From the NCBI GenBank assembly GCA_003990765.1, contig RBNJ01000013.1, positions 1 to 64,000 of the forward strand: 64,000 nt of DNA, read 5' to 3'. Below are positions 1-15,217 of the stretch, one piece after another. The notes below the pieces were generated by a model. The model saw only the letters and a program-made list of their open reading frames with translations. It ran no database searches and was not told the DNA's origin. Both the position numbers and the translations under genes were made by a program. How positions within the stretch are numbered: position 1 is the first letter of the stretch; each line of letters starts with the position of its first letter. The stretch is from Jimgerdemannia flammicorona. Its lineage: Eukaryota.

Positions 1-313
1 GATTTAGCATAGCATTTAGACATTGTCTAAATGTTTCGACAAAGTCCAAATGACTCATTTATTACTTAGCCACCCTCTCATAGCTAGCAAACTTGTATAA
101 ATAACCCAGTATCTTCGAGTGAATAAATCTCAGATCGAAATAGTTCAAAGCAAAGAGATAGCAAAGGAACTAGTAAGCCCGCGGGCAGATACACTTCGAA
201 CTCACCCACCCTTCCCCTGCCACTTCAAGAGACTCTGCGAGAGTCAGAACAGTCAAGTTTTCAAGATACAGAAATCCGACGTACTTTCAAGAGTAAGCGT
301 CCGCTACGTTACA
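1..313 (+). mobile_element. 3' end (TATA/R/U5) of a young LTR related to family A-D, inserted in the integrase 5' region of element 0; runs off the window
   Basis: Ends ...AGCGTCCGCTACGTTACA at 313, matching the CpG-restored A-D LTR end (CAGCGACCGCTACGTGACA). Has the same TGTATAAATA...GAATAAA arrangement and retains about 12 CpGs. Element-0 integrase codons resume at 314. Confidence 0.7.
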
Positions 314-3643
<3,330 letters not shown>

Positions 3644-3885
3644 TGTAATGGTGACCCCAGAATGATGACATTAGCATAGGAGATAGCCTTTCCTTACAAG
3701 CTACCAGATTGGAACATAAGAAGATCATATGGCATATGAGATGAGCAATGATGATCAACTGTGAGTCATTGTGACCACAGTATAAGCATCCTGAAGAATA
3801 TAAAAGAAGGATCAAGAAACCACAGTAGCAGCAATCAATAAGAACCACCAATCCCAAAATAGCTCAAAGACTTACCACAAATGAA

Positions 3886-4698
3886 ATGCCTGCTGCCCAC
3901 CAAACTTCAAGGTCAAGAAACCGCCAAGGTATCTCAGTTGAAGAAAGGATGTTCCAAGACATCAGAAGAGTCATAAGGACCCACTCAAGAAGGACTCCTA
4001 GTATCAACCTAGGTACTGCAGACCCCTATTACTTTATCTTCTACTGTCGTGAAATGGAAACAAGAATCACCATTGCTACCAAATACCTCCAAATATGGCA
4101 GGAGTATGAAATAGGAAACCTCCTCTACCAGGAGTTCCCACAGGCCAGCCCTCAAGAGCTACAAGATGCCACTCCCATGGACATATATGAGATAAGAATA
4201 GCCAAGAAGATCCGACATGTACCATGGTCGATCCCCAACTTAGAGTATGTTAGAGTCTCAGATTTCAAAGACCTGTTATTTTGCCATATCAATGTACTAG
4301 AAGCCAGGGTGACTACAGAAGCCTAGTCCACTATTACCCTCAATAGTGATGAAGTAGAAGACTTCTGGCACCCTATCCTCCAGGACAATCCAGACCAATT
4401 CCTGTAAGAGTTGATCTCAGTATTCTAAGGCCCAAGCATCTAGGTTCAATCTCCCCAAGACCCCACATTTGTCTCCTATTTTGTGGAAGAGAACCTCATA
4501 GACTGGAGAGCTTCAGATCTTGTTCCCAATTTTCCTGCCACTGAACATGATGATGTCATTGGCGATGATGTCATCCTGTATGATATCAAAGTACATGAAA
4601 TATATGACCTACATAATGAATTTACAGATCTCATCTCCTTTAGTGATGATGATGATGATGATGATGAAGCCCCTATGGTCCTGAACTTTCTGCTCTAA
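3886..4698 (+). pseudogene. LTR (U3)-encoded accessory ORF, ~270 aa, unknown function; four premature stops in this copy
   Basis: ORFs 3886-4326 and 4483-4698 are in one frame. The stops here (TAG/TAA) are CAG/CAA in sister LTRs. Homologous copies: 17020-17843, 18658-19466, 25924-26730 (+); 30936-31784, 38194-39042, 49071-49877, 56278-57083 (-). Confidence 0.85.
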
Positions 4699-4721
4699 GT
4701 TCTTTGTTATACTGAATAAAG

Positions 4722-4835
4722 CCAGCACTGGTATTTTGATGTAATACTGGATAATTCCAGCACTAGCATTCTGAGGTGATATGAAATTGTTCCAGCACCA
4801 GTATTCTGATATGACACTGAATTATACCAGCATCC
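4722..4835 (+). repeat. 35-bp tandem repeat (3 units plus a partial) in U3 between the accessory ORF and the TATA box
   Basis: CCAGCAC(T/C)(G/A)G(C/T)ATT.TGA...; 1-4 units in the different LTRs. Confidence 0.85.
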
Positions 4836-4937
4836 TGAATCTGTACAACTCTCAGTACCAACTCTGGAACTTAGTAGTTTTAGTTATTGGAATTTATATT
4901 TAGCTTTATATATTAGCAACCATTAAATTATATTTTG

Positions 4938-4970
4938 TATAAATACCCCTCTTATTTCCTCTGAAATAAA
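4938..4970 (+). promoter_or_regulatory. LTR TATA box and polyadenylation signal
   Basis: TATAAA 4938-4943 and AATAAA 4965-4970, conserved in all eight LTRs and in the LTR at 1-313. Confidence 0.65.
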
Positions 4971-5180
4971 GTCAGTTCCTCTCAGTACAATATATATACT
5001 TCCTTGCAAGCAATCTAAGAGATAACAAAATAGTTAAAGATAAGAAGTTTGAGGACTATAAGACCTTGGGAAGGCATTCCAATAAGAACTTGCTTATAAC
5101 AAACTTGAGTTAGTCTAAGAGATACACCTTGAAGAGAATCTGATATATTTGAAGGACTCAGTGACCACTACATGACAACT

Positions 5181-5197
5181 TGGTACCCATTGGCTGG
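5181..5197 (+). promoter_or_regulatory. Primer-binding site of copy A
   Basis: TGGTACCCATTGGCTGG, 3 nt after the LTR; copy C has TGGTGCCC, implying ancestral TGGCGCCC. Confidence 0.8.
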
Positions 5198-5619
5198 TGA
5201 TTCAAGACAAATCTCTCACTTTCAAGCTAAAAAATGAACAACCCCACAACAACTACTCTGACTACAAGAGTCACCCCTGCAAGAATTTAAGACAAGATGG
5301 AAATGCATCTCCCCACATTCTATGGATATACTACTGAAGAGTCAATCCTGATCTTCATTGAAGACTTTGAACAATTTACCACCGTATGAGTCCTTGGTAT
5401 AGATGCTCAATTGGCCCTTCTACCAGTCAGTCTCAGAGGACCTGCCAGAGACAAGTTCAATGCAGCCACCATTGCTGATGCTGGTGCAGCCAAACTTGCC
5501 AACATGAAGGCCTTTTTTTTTTTTTATTTTTTTTATTTTTTATTTTTTTTTTTTTTTATTTTTTTTTTTTATAGACTTGGACTCTGTCTTTATTACCAGT
5601 CTATGAATAAGTATACAAT

Positions 5620-8600
5620 ATCACCACCCACTATCCGATCCCCATAGGGGAGCCCCTCTCTATCTCTTCACAGATAAAGATCACTCTTTCACCAATGACT
5701 CCAACTCTCCCACCACTCTGACCATAGATTTTCTCTACCAAGCAGTACCTCCAACCCCCCTGTAGCCCCCAACTAAGCCACCAGCCTGTTAAGGTGTCCT
5801 CCATAAGGCACTGTCACCATGATAACCAGCTCCCTAAGCTCTGTTGCCTCTCATCCTCAAAAACAAATAGCCAGTGACTAGCCAGCCCAACCCAAATAGC
5901 CAATACCTAGCCTAAGGTAATCCACTCCATTCCTACCCCTCCTACCAATCAATCCCTCAGGTTCTCCCACCTTCCCCATACCACATCTCCCCTATGCCTC
6001 ACCCTCAAGTGGTCTCCAATAGCCCACCAAAAGTCCCCCAATACCTCACACTCTCCTAGCCAATGTTCTGGTATCTGTACAAAGCCCCCTTCCTGCCCCA
6101 CATTATGGCACTCCTTACAGTCAAAGCAACCCCCAATGATAAGGTGCCCTGAGTGGAAGTTGAGCATCACATTCCTCCTCAGCATACACCACCAGACCAT
6201 TCAGTACTTCAGTGGCATTCATTTTTTCACTGTAGCACTTTAGGTCCAAATACCATGCCAGTCCCACTCCTCTCCAATTCCAACTCCTTGCCAACCATTA
6301 GGCCACAGATCCTGGCCTGGTCCTCTTTGGCATTCTACTCCATTACCAATGTTGAACTCAAGTAAAGGTATGCTGCCCAGTAGTATACCATCCCATCTCC
6401 ACATCACCAGGTCCCAAGCCTCCTCCCCCTCATTCCCTTGCCAGCAAATACCAATGCAGTATGTCCCCTCTGCTATCCCCCATCAGAAACCTTTATATCA
6501 TAGTTGTACAGTGTTCTGAAGTCCAACCAATGAGAGAAGATCACCAGTCAAGCCTCTTGGTGATGATCACCTCTCCCAGACCTTCTGCAGTAGGGGAACC
6601 CAACCCCCTCCTCACAACTCCACCACCCTCTTAAGCCACTATGCCCTCAAGCAGTGTAGTCATTTGGGAAAGTCCACCAGTCCAAGACCACCTCTTGCCA
6701 CCAGTAGGGACAAGGTCTCCCAATCGATCTGACTCCATCTGCCAGCCCAAATCCATCCCTTGGTCACCTTCACTAATCTCTTCACCACCCAGGATGGGAA
6801 GTCCAGATGATAAGCCAAATACCACAGCTTCAGCAGCCAGTATACATTCAAAATTGAGATCCTTCCTGCCAGAGAAAAGTGTCTTCCCCCCCAATCTCTC
6901 AGGTCCTCCTCCCAAATTCCAATTCGCTGCTCCCACCACAGTCTGGGCAGAACAGACCCATAGATTGACAGATAGATGTCCAAGTACCACACCACCTCAC
7001 CAGTGGGGACAATTGTTCTAATAACTTCTCCTCCCACTAGGCTGTTGCCCAGCACCATTGTTTTACACTTGTGCTAATTCAGCTTCACCCCAGAGTACTC
7101 CTCATACCACTCCACTGTCTTCTTGAGCTCCTCGACATCAGCAATCGATCCCAAACCAACCACCATATCATCTGCAAAGGCTCCAACTTTCCAACCAATG
7201 CCATAGATAGAAAGCCCCACTATTCTCCACCGAATTCTGTCCATTAGGAGTTCTAAGGAAAGAGTATACAAAATCAGGGACAGTGGGTCCCCCTGGGGCA
7301 CCCCCCTATTCAGAGAGAAAGCTACCCCTCTATGCCCATTACACATGAGCGCAGCCCTACTCCCTTCCAGTAGGCTGACCATTGCTGACTGAAATTGAAC
7401 TAGAATCCCAATTCTATCTAATACTTTCATCAGCTAGATCTGTCGCACCTGGTCATAAGCCTTCTCCTGGCCCAAGAAGACAAGACACCCATTTAGTCCA
7501 CAGGCTCTAGCACCTTCAATAACTCCATATACCCAGGCTGTACCATCTCTAATGAGCCAACCACTCATGAAGCCCCTCTGCTCAATACCTACAATTTGCT
7601 GGACTACCTTCTGTAGTCTTGTGACCACCACCTTAGTCACCAACTTTCTGTCCATATCTAGCAACATTATTGGCTGCCAGTTCTTCCAATCTTCTCGCCT
7701 TCCTTTGTTCTTATAAAGAAGTGTCACCAGCCCAAGATCCTGCTCCCCCACCCATCTCCCTGACTGTAATATAAAGTCACACAGTACCGTCAACTCTCCT
7801 GTCATATCTGGGACTCTAACCATTCACTTCCAGAAGTCCCAGGGTAGGCCGTCCTCCCCAGGTGCTGTATCTGAGACTGTTATGGCAAGAACCTAGCAGA
7901 TCTCATCCTTCTTTACAGGCATCACCAGGTCACCTAGTCCCTTAGCTTGTGATGGATGCCAATCCTCTAATATTCAGTCAATGGCAGTAGCATCCACCCC
8001 ACCCTCCTCCTCACTCCACAATCCACTCCATCACTCCTTCAGTGATCCAAGGATATCCTGTATACTATGCACTAGTACACCATCCGAACCAAGTATCCCT
8101 TCCCACCACTGCTGTACCCTTCTTGCCCTAAGTATCCTCATGAGAAACTTGGAAGGCCTCTCCCCTTCCTCCAGCCTCTGCCAATGAAGCTGTGCCACCA
8201 GGCCTTGCATCCTTGCCTCTTCCTCTTCCTACAGCACCTGTTGTTGTTCCTCAACCTCCATCTTCATCCTCATTATTCTCCAATCCTCTTCTCCCTCCAC
8301 TATTGCCAGTCTCGCCCACTCCTCCAGGCGCCTAGCCAATCTAGTAGAAGCCCAATGCACTCTCTGCCTCCACTGCTTCCCAGCCTCTCTGCCAGCCTCA
8401 CTCTAGTACATCCTGGCCATCTCTTTCATCCTCCTCCACCGAACCCCAATTGAGGCCCCTTCCTGTCACCAGTTCTCCACTTTCAGCTAAATGTCTTTAG
8501 CCCACTCCTCCCACTGGGACTCATCATCTAACAAGGAGGAATTTAGGTACCAATGTCCAGGCCCATCTCCACTTTCCCCAAAATACCCCTGTCCCAAAAG

Positions 8601-9276
8601 GCCCCAGTGATCTGACCATGGATACCATTCTACCTCCAGCATTGCAGCCCCAACAGTTGGCCATCAGAATCCAGTCAATTCTTGTCCCCAGGCCTCCAGC
8701 CCAATGCATATATACCCTCCTGTCCCCCCAGTACTCCCTACCAGCATCTACCAGTGCTCTTAGTCTTTCGACTTCCTCCCACATTGCCAGCCCCCCACTT
8801 CTGCTCTCAGCACCCTATCCTCCATCAGTTCTATCCATCTGTATATCCTGAACCATATTGAAATCTCCCCCAAGCATATCCACCCCAGCCTCTGCAAGGA
8901 TCCCACTCTTCTGGAGACCCTTTACCCAATCTACATACTCCCCCCATATGGTAGAGCAGTAACAGGAGCCAACTGTAACTGGCTCCCAGCCTGCATGAAT
9001 CCACTCACCCCAAACCAGTCTCTCCCCCCAGCTCCTCACATCTCTTATCTCCCCTCTGCCTTTCTGAACCAGAATCCTGACCTTGCTATTCCAAATCGCC
9101 ATGCCACCCCATTCCTTTGTCCATTCTATCCTATCAGAATCATCTTCACACCTAACATCTTGCAAGAGGAAGAGATCAGCCTCCAATCCTTTCAGCCAAA
9201 TAAAAATGTTCCTACACCTAACAGCACCCCTTAGCCTATTTACGTTCAAAGAAAAAATGTTGGTTGTACTGTTCAT
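5620..9276 (-). pseudogene. LINE ORF2: APE endonuclease, reverse transcriptase, C-terminal Cys/His region (3' end approximate)
   Basis: IFSLNVNRL...DLFLLQD, GGDFN, TRIDWI; NWQPIMLLD..RKL, QRGF, QEKAYD, RGVPQGDPLS, AFADD. Confidence 0.92.
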
Positions 9277-9304
9277 AATGAAATACGATTTGTTATCAGT
9301 CAAT

Positions 9305-11331
9305 CTCTACTGCTCTATGCTTATCTCCTCCTATACTACATCCAAATTATGTTCTGCCATCACCTCCTCCTCTCCAGCCCTCTGAGCCTCCAATCCAGCC
9401 AACAGCTCGTTCATCTCTCCATTGGCCTTCTCCTCAAACTCCTCTCTATACTCAATACAAGCCTCCTACCAAAGCTGTAACCCATGATGCTTGTTCCAAC
9501 AGTACACAGCCCTCTCCCTAGCAATAACCACCATCTCTGCCTCCTGCTCCTTGTCCACCTCATACTCTTTCTCCTCCAGATACACCGTGAGAATTTCTGC
9601 CTTCAGTGCCATCACTACTCCTTCTCCCTGCAAAATTCGCACCCAGTGCTCATCCCCCATCACTTGCAAGTCCATCTCTCCCAACTCTTCTGCCATCAGA
9701 TTATTCATCATCCTGCATATCCAAAGTAGGTTCCCCACCTCCTTCCCTTCAGGGGTCACTGGCCTCCCTCTATCCAGCATTGTGGTGTCAGCTCTGGCAC
9801 TCACATCCTCATCCCACACCTCCGGGACATCCACCAGTTCCTCCTCTCCAGCCACTACTACATGTCCCCCATTCATCACCTCTGAAATGCCAAATTTCAC
9901 CTGATGGGTCCCCAGCATCATCACATCCTCCCCAGTCTTGTATCTGGAAGCCAGGCCATGCCTGATAAGAGGAGAAGGAGTGGGGGAGTTCTCCCATATC
10001 TCATCCCAAACCTCCAAGGTGCCATTAGCATATGGGTTGATAATCGTCACCTCCTTTACCTTCCCTGTCTCCACCCCAGCATTCCCACTTCTCTCACCAG
10101 CCCAGATGCTTGCTTTGGCCCCTTCCATGCTCATCATCTTGCTTGCATCCTCCTGTGGTCTGCTCCCCAGTTTAGCCAGCAGATCCTTCTATCTCTTCTA
10201 CCCCTGAGCCCTTTCCCACTGCACCTTGTCCACTCGAATCCTCTTTCCATCCACTACCTCCAGGTGTGTTGACTCCATGAAAACCTTCCAGGCCTTTGCT
10301 CACCACTCCACAGCTCTATCCAATTCTTCCAGCACTTCCAATAAATCCTCTTCCTTCTCTTCACTTCCTTTCACCCTCATCACCTTATATAAGATTGCTC
10401 CCCAAACCATCACCAAAGGCCAGTCCCTTGCCTTCTCAGTAGCTTCTTTCTCAGCCAGCTGAATCCTTACATCCACATTCCCAGTCCTGAGCATGGTCCC
10501 TTCTCAGACCCTAAATCTGATATCCACCACCTCTCCATACTCTGCCATAACATCCTTAACTCTCTTTCTCATCTCTATTGCCATCACCATGGGCACTCCT
10601 TTCACCAGCAGTTGGACCACCCTCAGATCCCATTTCAGACACCTCGTCATTGGAACACACACCTCTCCAACCACCAACCCAACCTTCAGTGCCTCCTCCA
10701 GTAGCTCAGCCTCCTCAAAACCCACCTTCACACCCTCCAGTCCCTTCAGAAACTTCACTAAAGCAGCTTCTACCACCTGCTTAGTGATAAGCCCCAGCAC
10801 CATTTTCACCGTCACCGCTAAGCCCTGGAAGCACAGTATAACTGCGAATACCAAGATTGATTTTTTGAGTAATGGGGCCACTGCCAGGCCCATCACACTA
10901 TCCACCAAATCTCCTTGTCTTCTAAGCCTCAGCCACTCAGTCTTGCCAACAGCCATCACATCTGGATTTTTTTCCAGATTAGCAGTCCCATCACTATCAG
11001 CAGTCATACTCCCCCCAGCCACTACTCCCCCAGCTCCACTGCCCTCTCTTCCAAGAGCCACTCCTCTATGCGCTGCCACCTTCTTGGTCTCCTTGCCCCT
11101 CCTCAGCCAGCCCTCCAGCCCTGATACCTGCTGCCTCCCCTTCACCATCTCTGCAAAGCTTGCCCTCCCAGACCCCTGTCCTCCACCAGTACCTCCACCT
11201 CTTTCTCATCCTCCCACCAGCAGCTCCCTCATGTCCTCCCCCAGGCCTGGGCCCCTCCCAACTTGCTGCCATTCAAAAGCACTTGGGCTGCCCTGCCCAG
11301 TACACACCTCAGATTGCCTATCGGTTGCCAT
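9305..11331 (-). pseudogene. LINE ORF1 (degenerate)
   Basis: ATG at 11331 (MATDRQSEV...), long E/G/V-rich frame fragments upstream of ORF2; the assignment is positional. Confidence 0.7.
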
Positions 11332-13293
11332 GTTGTTAGTCTCTTTACTCCAAAAATGATGTCGTGAGTGTCTTCTAAAGGTTGTGTAACCTGAATGATA
11401 CTGGAGAAAGATGCCAACATGAAGGCCTTCCTCAGAACAATATATTATACCGAAGAGATCAAGCAAGCTCTCAAGGATCAACTCAATACTATCTACCAGG
11501 GACTTAGTGAAGATCTCAACTCATTCTATACCCAAATCTGCTACCAGATTGTCTTGGCTGGCTATAATGACTGCCTCAAGGAACAAATAGTGGACTTAAC
11601 TTTCCTCAAAGGAGTTCACCCTGAAATTGCCCTAGCAATCTGGTCTACTCCAGCTGCACTGACCCTTGATCAGAAAGTGGTCTTTATATAGAGATATTGG
11701 ACTGCCAGACACTCTGCCAAATACTCAATAGAGAAAATAACCAGCATCAAGATGGAGCCATCAAAGCCAACTAGTATCTTACCCACCACAGTTGTAAACA
11801 GACAACCAACCCCACCTATCCCCAAGATAGCCAAAGCTGATCCAGTGGAAGAACTCGCCAAGCAGTTCGCTGAGATGACTGCACACCTTAGTGATGTTGT
11901 TAGAGAAGTCTGAAGCACTAACAGGAGACCAATGCAGAGATTTGCAGCTGCTATAGAAGAATGCAATATCACATGCTTCAGATGCAGAGAAGAAGGCCAC
12001 TATGCAAAGAATTGTATGACTGAAACAAGATGCAAAGCCCAACCAAGCAATGTTAGCAGAACCAGAGAACAAACCAATGCAGTAGTCATCAAGGAGATTG
12101 GTGATACTGATGATGAAGAATACTATGAGGAGCTTGAATTCTACCCTATTACTGAAGATACCAGAACCCAGTCCAAACCCTATGACAAGAAGAGCAACAG
12201 CAAGCCAGTTGAAAGACCAAAGAAGACACCAGCTATCACTATTCAAAGCAAGACCCAACCCGAGAAGATTGATCAAGATATAGAGTTGGATGAAGCTGCC
12301 CACCAAATCATTGAAGGCACTACTCCAGTCTCAGGAGAAAGCAAAAGCAAGAAGAAACAGAAGCTACACAAGACCAAGATCCACCAGTATGACATCTACA
12401 AGGACCTTAAGGAACAAAAGATCAATGCTACCTTTGAACAGCTAGCTGAAGTCCCTGCCTTCAGACAGCAGTTGAGAGTAGGACTTACAACTACTACCAA
12501 GAATCAAGAGTACAAGATTGTAGAAGCTCACAATATACAGAAAGAATCTGAGAACTTAGGTGAAGAATCTAAAGACCAGCACAAGACATCAGCCTATATC
12601 CCATGTCAGATCGAAAATTGTATCTTTGATGTCATCATTGATACTAGTGCTGGAGGATGTCTTATGAGCAAGAAGACAATTGACTGCCTAGGCTGGGACA
12701 TTGAAGAGTCCACCAAGATGTTCTATGTTACAGCAGATGGTATACAAGCTATCCCCCTTGGCAAAATCCAAGAAGTCCTCATCAAGATAGGAGGAGCTAC
12801 CATCTCAGTAGATGTGATTGTTACAAGCACCACCAACTATGGCATCCTCATTGACAACTAATGGCTCCACAAGGCTAAGGCCATCATTGACCTCAATGCC
12901 CAGAAGATGCAGATCAACTATAGAGGAAGAAAGATACAAGTCTCTATCAATGTCTACAAAGGAGTTCTACCAGACATAGAGGAAGGAGATGAAGAAGACA
13001 CAGAGGTCTTCATGCACTTGGTGAACAAGAACAAGAATAAGACACCCAAGCTCACAGATGAGCAGTGGTACAACAAGATCATTGATGGCTATACCCCTCA
13101 AGGAAGATGCCCCCATAGTACTAGGATGTACTGCTCTGAACACCTGAATGACTGCTGGTCCTATATCAGTGAAGTCAGGAAAATCTGCCAACAGAAACAT
13201 GAGCAAGAAGCTGCTGAAGCCAAAGAAGATGACCAGCCCCCAGAGCTCCAAGCTGATAGCAATGATGAGGAGGAACAAGAATCAGACATCACC

Positions 13294-13704
13294 CTCAAGA
13301 TCAAGAAGTTTCACCCTGAAGCCAAGATCTCAGAATATAAAACTGAAGGAGCCATAGGAATAGACCTTGCCAGCATTCCAGATACTATCCTTGAACCACA
13401 GACCACCACTCTACTTGGCACTGGAATTGGAGTCAAGCTGCCAGAGAACTATGCCAGATTTATCAAAACCAGGAGCAGTCTGACCAAAAGCAAAATCTCA
13501 GTTAAAGGAGAAGTAATTGACCCTGATTACACTGGTGAGATCTTTCTCATAGTCAGAAATCACAACTACACCACCCCCTTCGAAGTCAAGAAGTATGACA
13601 GGATTGGCCAAATACTGATCTACGAAATCAAGAAGCCCAAGATCATTGAAGCCATTGAACTCATCAAGACCAAGAGAGGAGAACAAGGCTTTGGATCTAC
13701 TGGA
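13294..13704 (+). other. Trimeric-type dUTPase domain between protease and RT
   Basis: GAIGIDL, TRSSL, G(G/E)VIDPDYTGEI, DRIGQ, RGEQGFGSTG: all five dUTPase motifs, present in B, C, D and element 0. Confidence 0.95.
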
Positions 13705-15217
13705 AGAGGAGCCTATACTGCTATCAAGATTACCAAACTCAAGCATAAGAAAGATAAGGACCAGAATAAGCACACATATATTATTGGAGAAAACTTTTCC
13801 CTGGAGGAATAACTTCTCAAGATTCTGTACCAGAATGAAGAAGTACTTGTTACAGACTTCAAGGATATCCACAATCAAGAACCTAAGTACTACCATGAAG
13901 TTGACACTGGTGATACCAAGCCCATCTACCAGAAAGTCAGATACATATCACCAGCCTACAGAGAGTGGCTGTGAGCAGAACTCAAGGAAATGGAAGAAGC
14001 TGGGATCATCAAGCAAGCTATCAGCCCCTGGGCCTCACCCATTGTCCTTGCCCTGAAGAAAGGAAGCAAGCCTGGAGAGTTTGTGCCAAGACTCTGCATT
14101 GACTACAGGAAGCTCAATGCCATCACCAAGAAGGATAGGCAGCTCTTGCCAAATATTCAAGAAATCCTTACCACCCTTGGAAGTGAAGCCAAATACTACA
14201 CCACCTTGGATCTGTTCTCAGACTTCCATCAGATTGGTCTCACTTAAGATGCCAGTGAGAAATCAGCCTTCATCATACCTGATACCACCTATATCTACCT
14301 GCTAATGCCATTTGGAATGTGCAATGCCCCAGCAAGTTTTCAGCGAATGATGAACAGAGTCTTCAGCAACGAGATTGGAAAATAGCTCTTTATCTATGTT
14401 GATGATGTGATCATCTTCAGCAACACTATACAGGAATATGTCAATCACATACAGCTAGCCCTCAAGAAGCTCAAGGAGCATGGCCTCTACATCAAGCCTA
14501 AAAAATACAAGTTTGCAGCTCAAGAAATCACCTACCTAGGACACCTCATCAACAAGACCAGAATCCACACAGACCCCATGAAGATTGAGGCTGTTGCAGT
14601 CTACTCAAGACCCAGAACAACTACAGAAGTCCACACCTTCCTTGGACTGGCCAGCTACTACAGAAGATTCATCAAAGGATACTCCAATATTGCAGCACCT
14701 ATCTATGAGCTACTGAAGAAAGAGACCAAATTCGAATGGACTAAGGAGTGCCAAGAAATCTTCAATGAACTCAAGACCAGGTTGACCCAAGCACCTATCC
14801 TCAGAAGACCAGACTGGAACCTAGAATTCATCCTGCAGACAGACATGAGTGCTATAGGACTTAGAGCAGTCCTAGCTCAGAAGAAAGATGGACATGAATA
14901 TGTCATCTCCTATGCAAGCCAAGATACTTGCGGAGCAGAACAGAACTATGAGTCATGCAAGCTCAAATGCTTAGCAGTAGTTTGGGCAGTAGACAAGTTC
15001 CACTACTATCTAGCCAGGAAATACTTCACCATTCAAACAGACCACTCTGCTCTTGCCTGGCTATTCCACACTCTGAACCCCAAAAGAATATATACCAGAT
15101 AGATCTACAGGCTGCAAGAATATGACTGTACTGTCAAGTACTGCTCAGAAAAGACCAACACCAATGCTGATACACTCTCAAGGACACCCCGAAACACCCC
15201 CATTAAGACTATTCAAT

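Larger units (their letters stand above)
3644..5177 (+). repeat. 5' LTR of copy A
   Basis: TGTAATGG...CATGACA; direct repeat of 16778-18321. Confidence 0.95.
5513..11411 (-). mobile_element. Full-length non-LTR retrotransposon (L1/Tx1-like LINE) inserted in gag of copy A
   Basis: Poly(A) tail seen as a T-rich tract ~5513-5570; TSD TGCCAACATGAAGGCC at 5497-5512 and 11412-11427; two ORFs. Confidence 0.95.

Noticed and set aside
3657-3857. Hydrophobic Cys-rich antisense ORF (MGLVVL.GCCYC...) open in all eight LTRs
   Set aside because: It starts at TTG just after a stop and has few codons that transitions can turn into stops, so staying open is expected; there is no independent evidence of coding.
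9484-11359. Long S/P/T-rich + strand ORFs
   Set aside because: They are antisense shadows of the G-rich LINE ORF1.
11905-11920. TGA in gag shared by A, B and C as a programmed readthrough site
   Set aside because: Copy D has CAA at this codon, so the ancestor was CGA (CpG decay).
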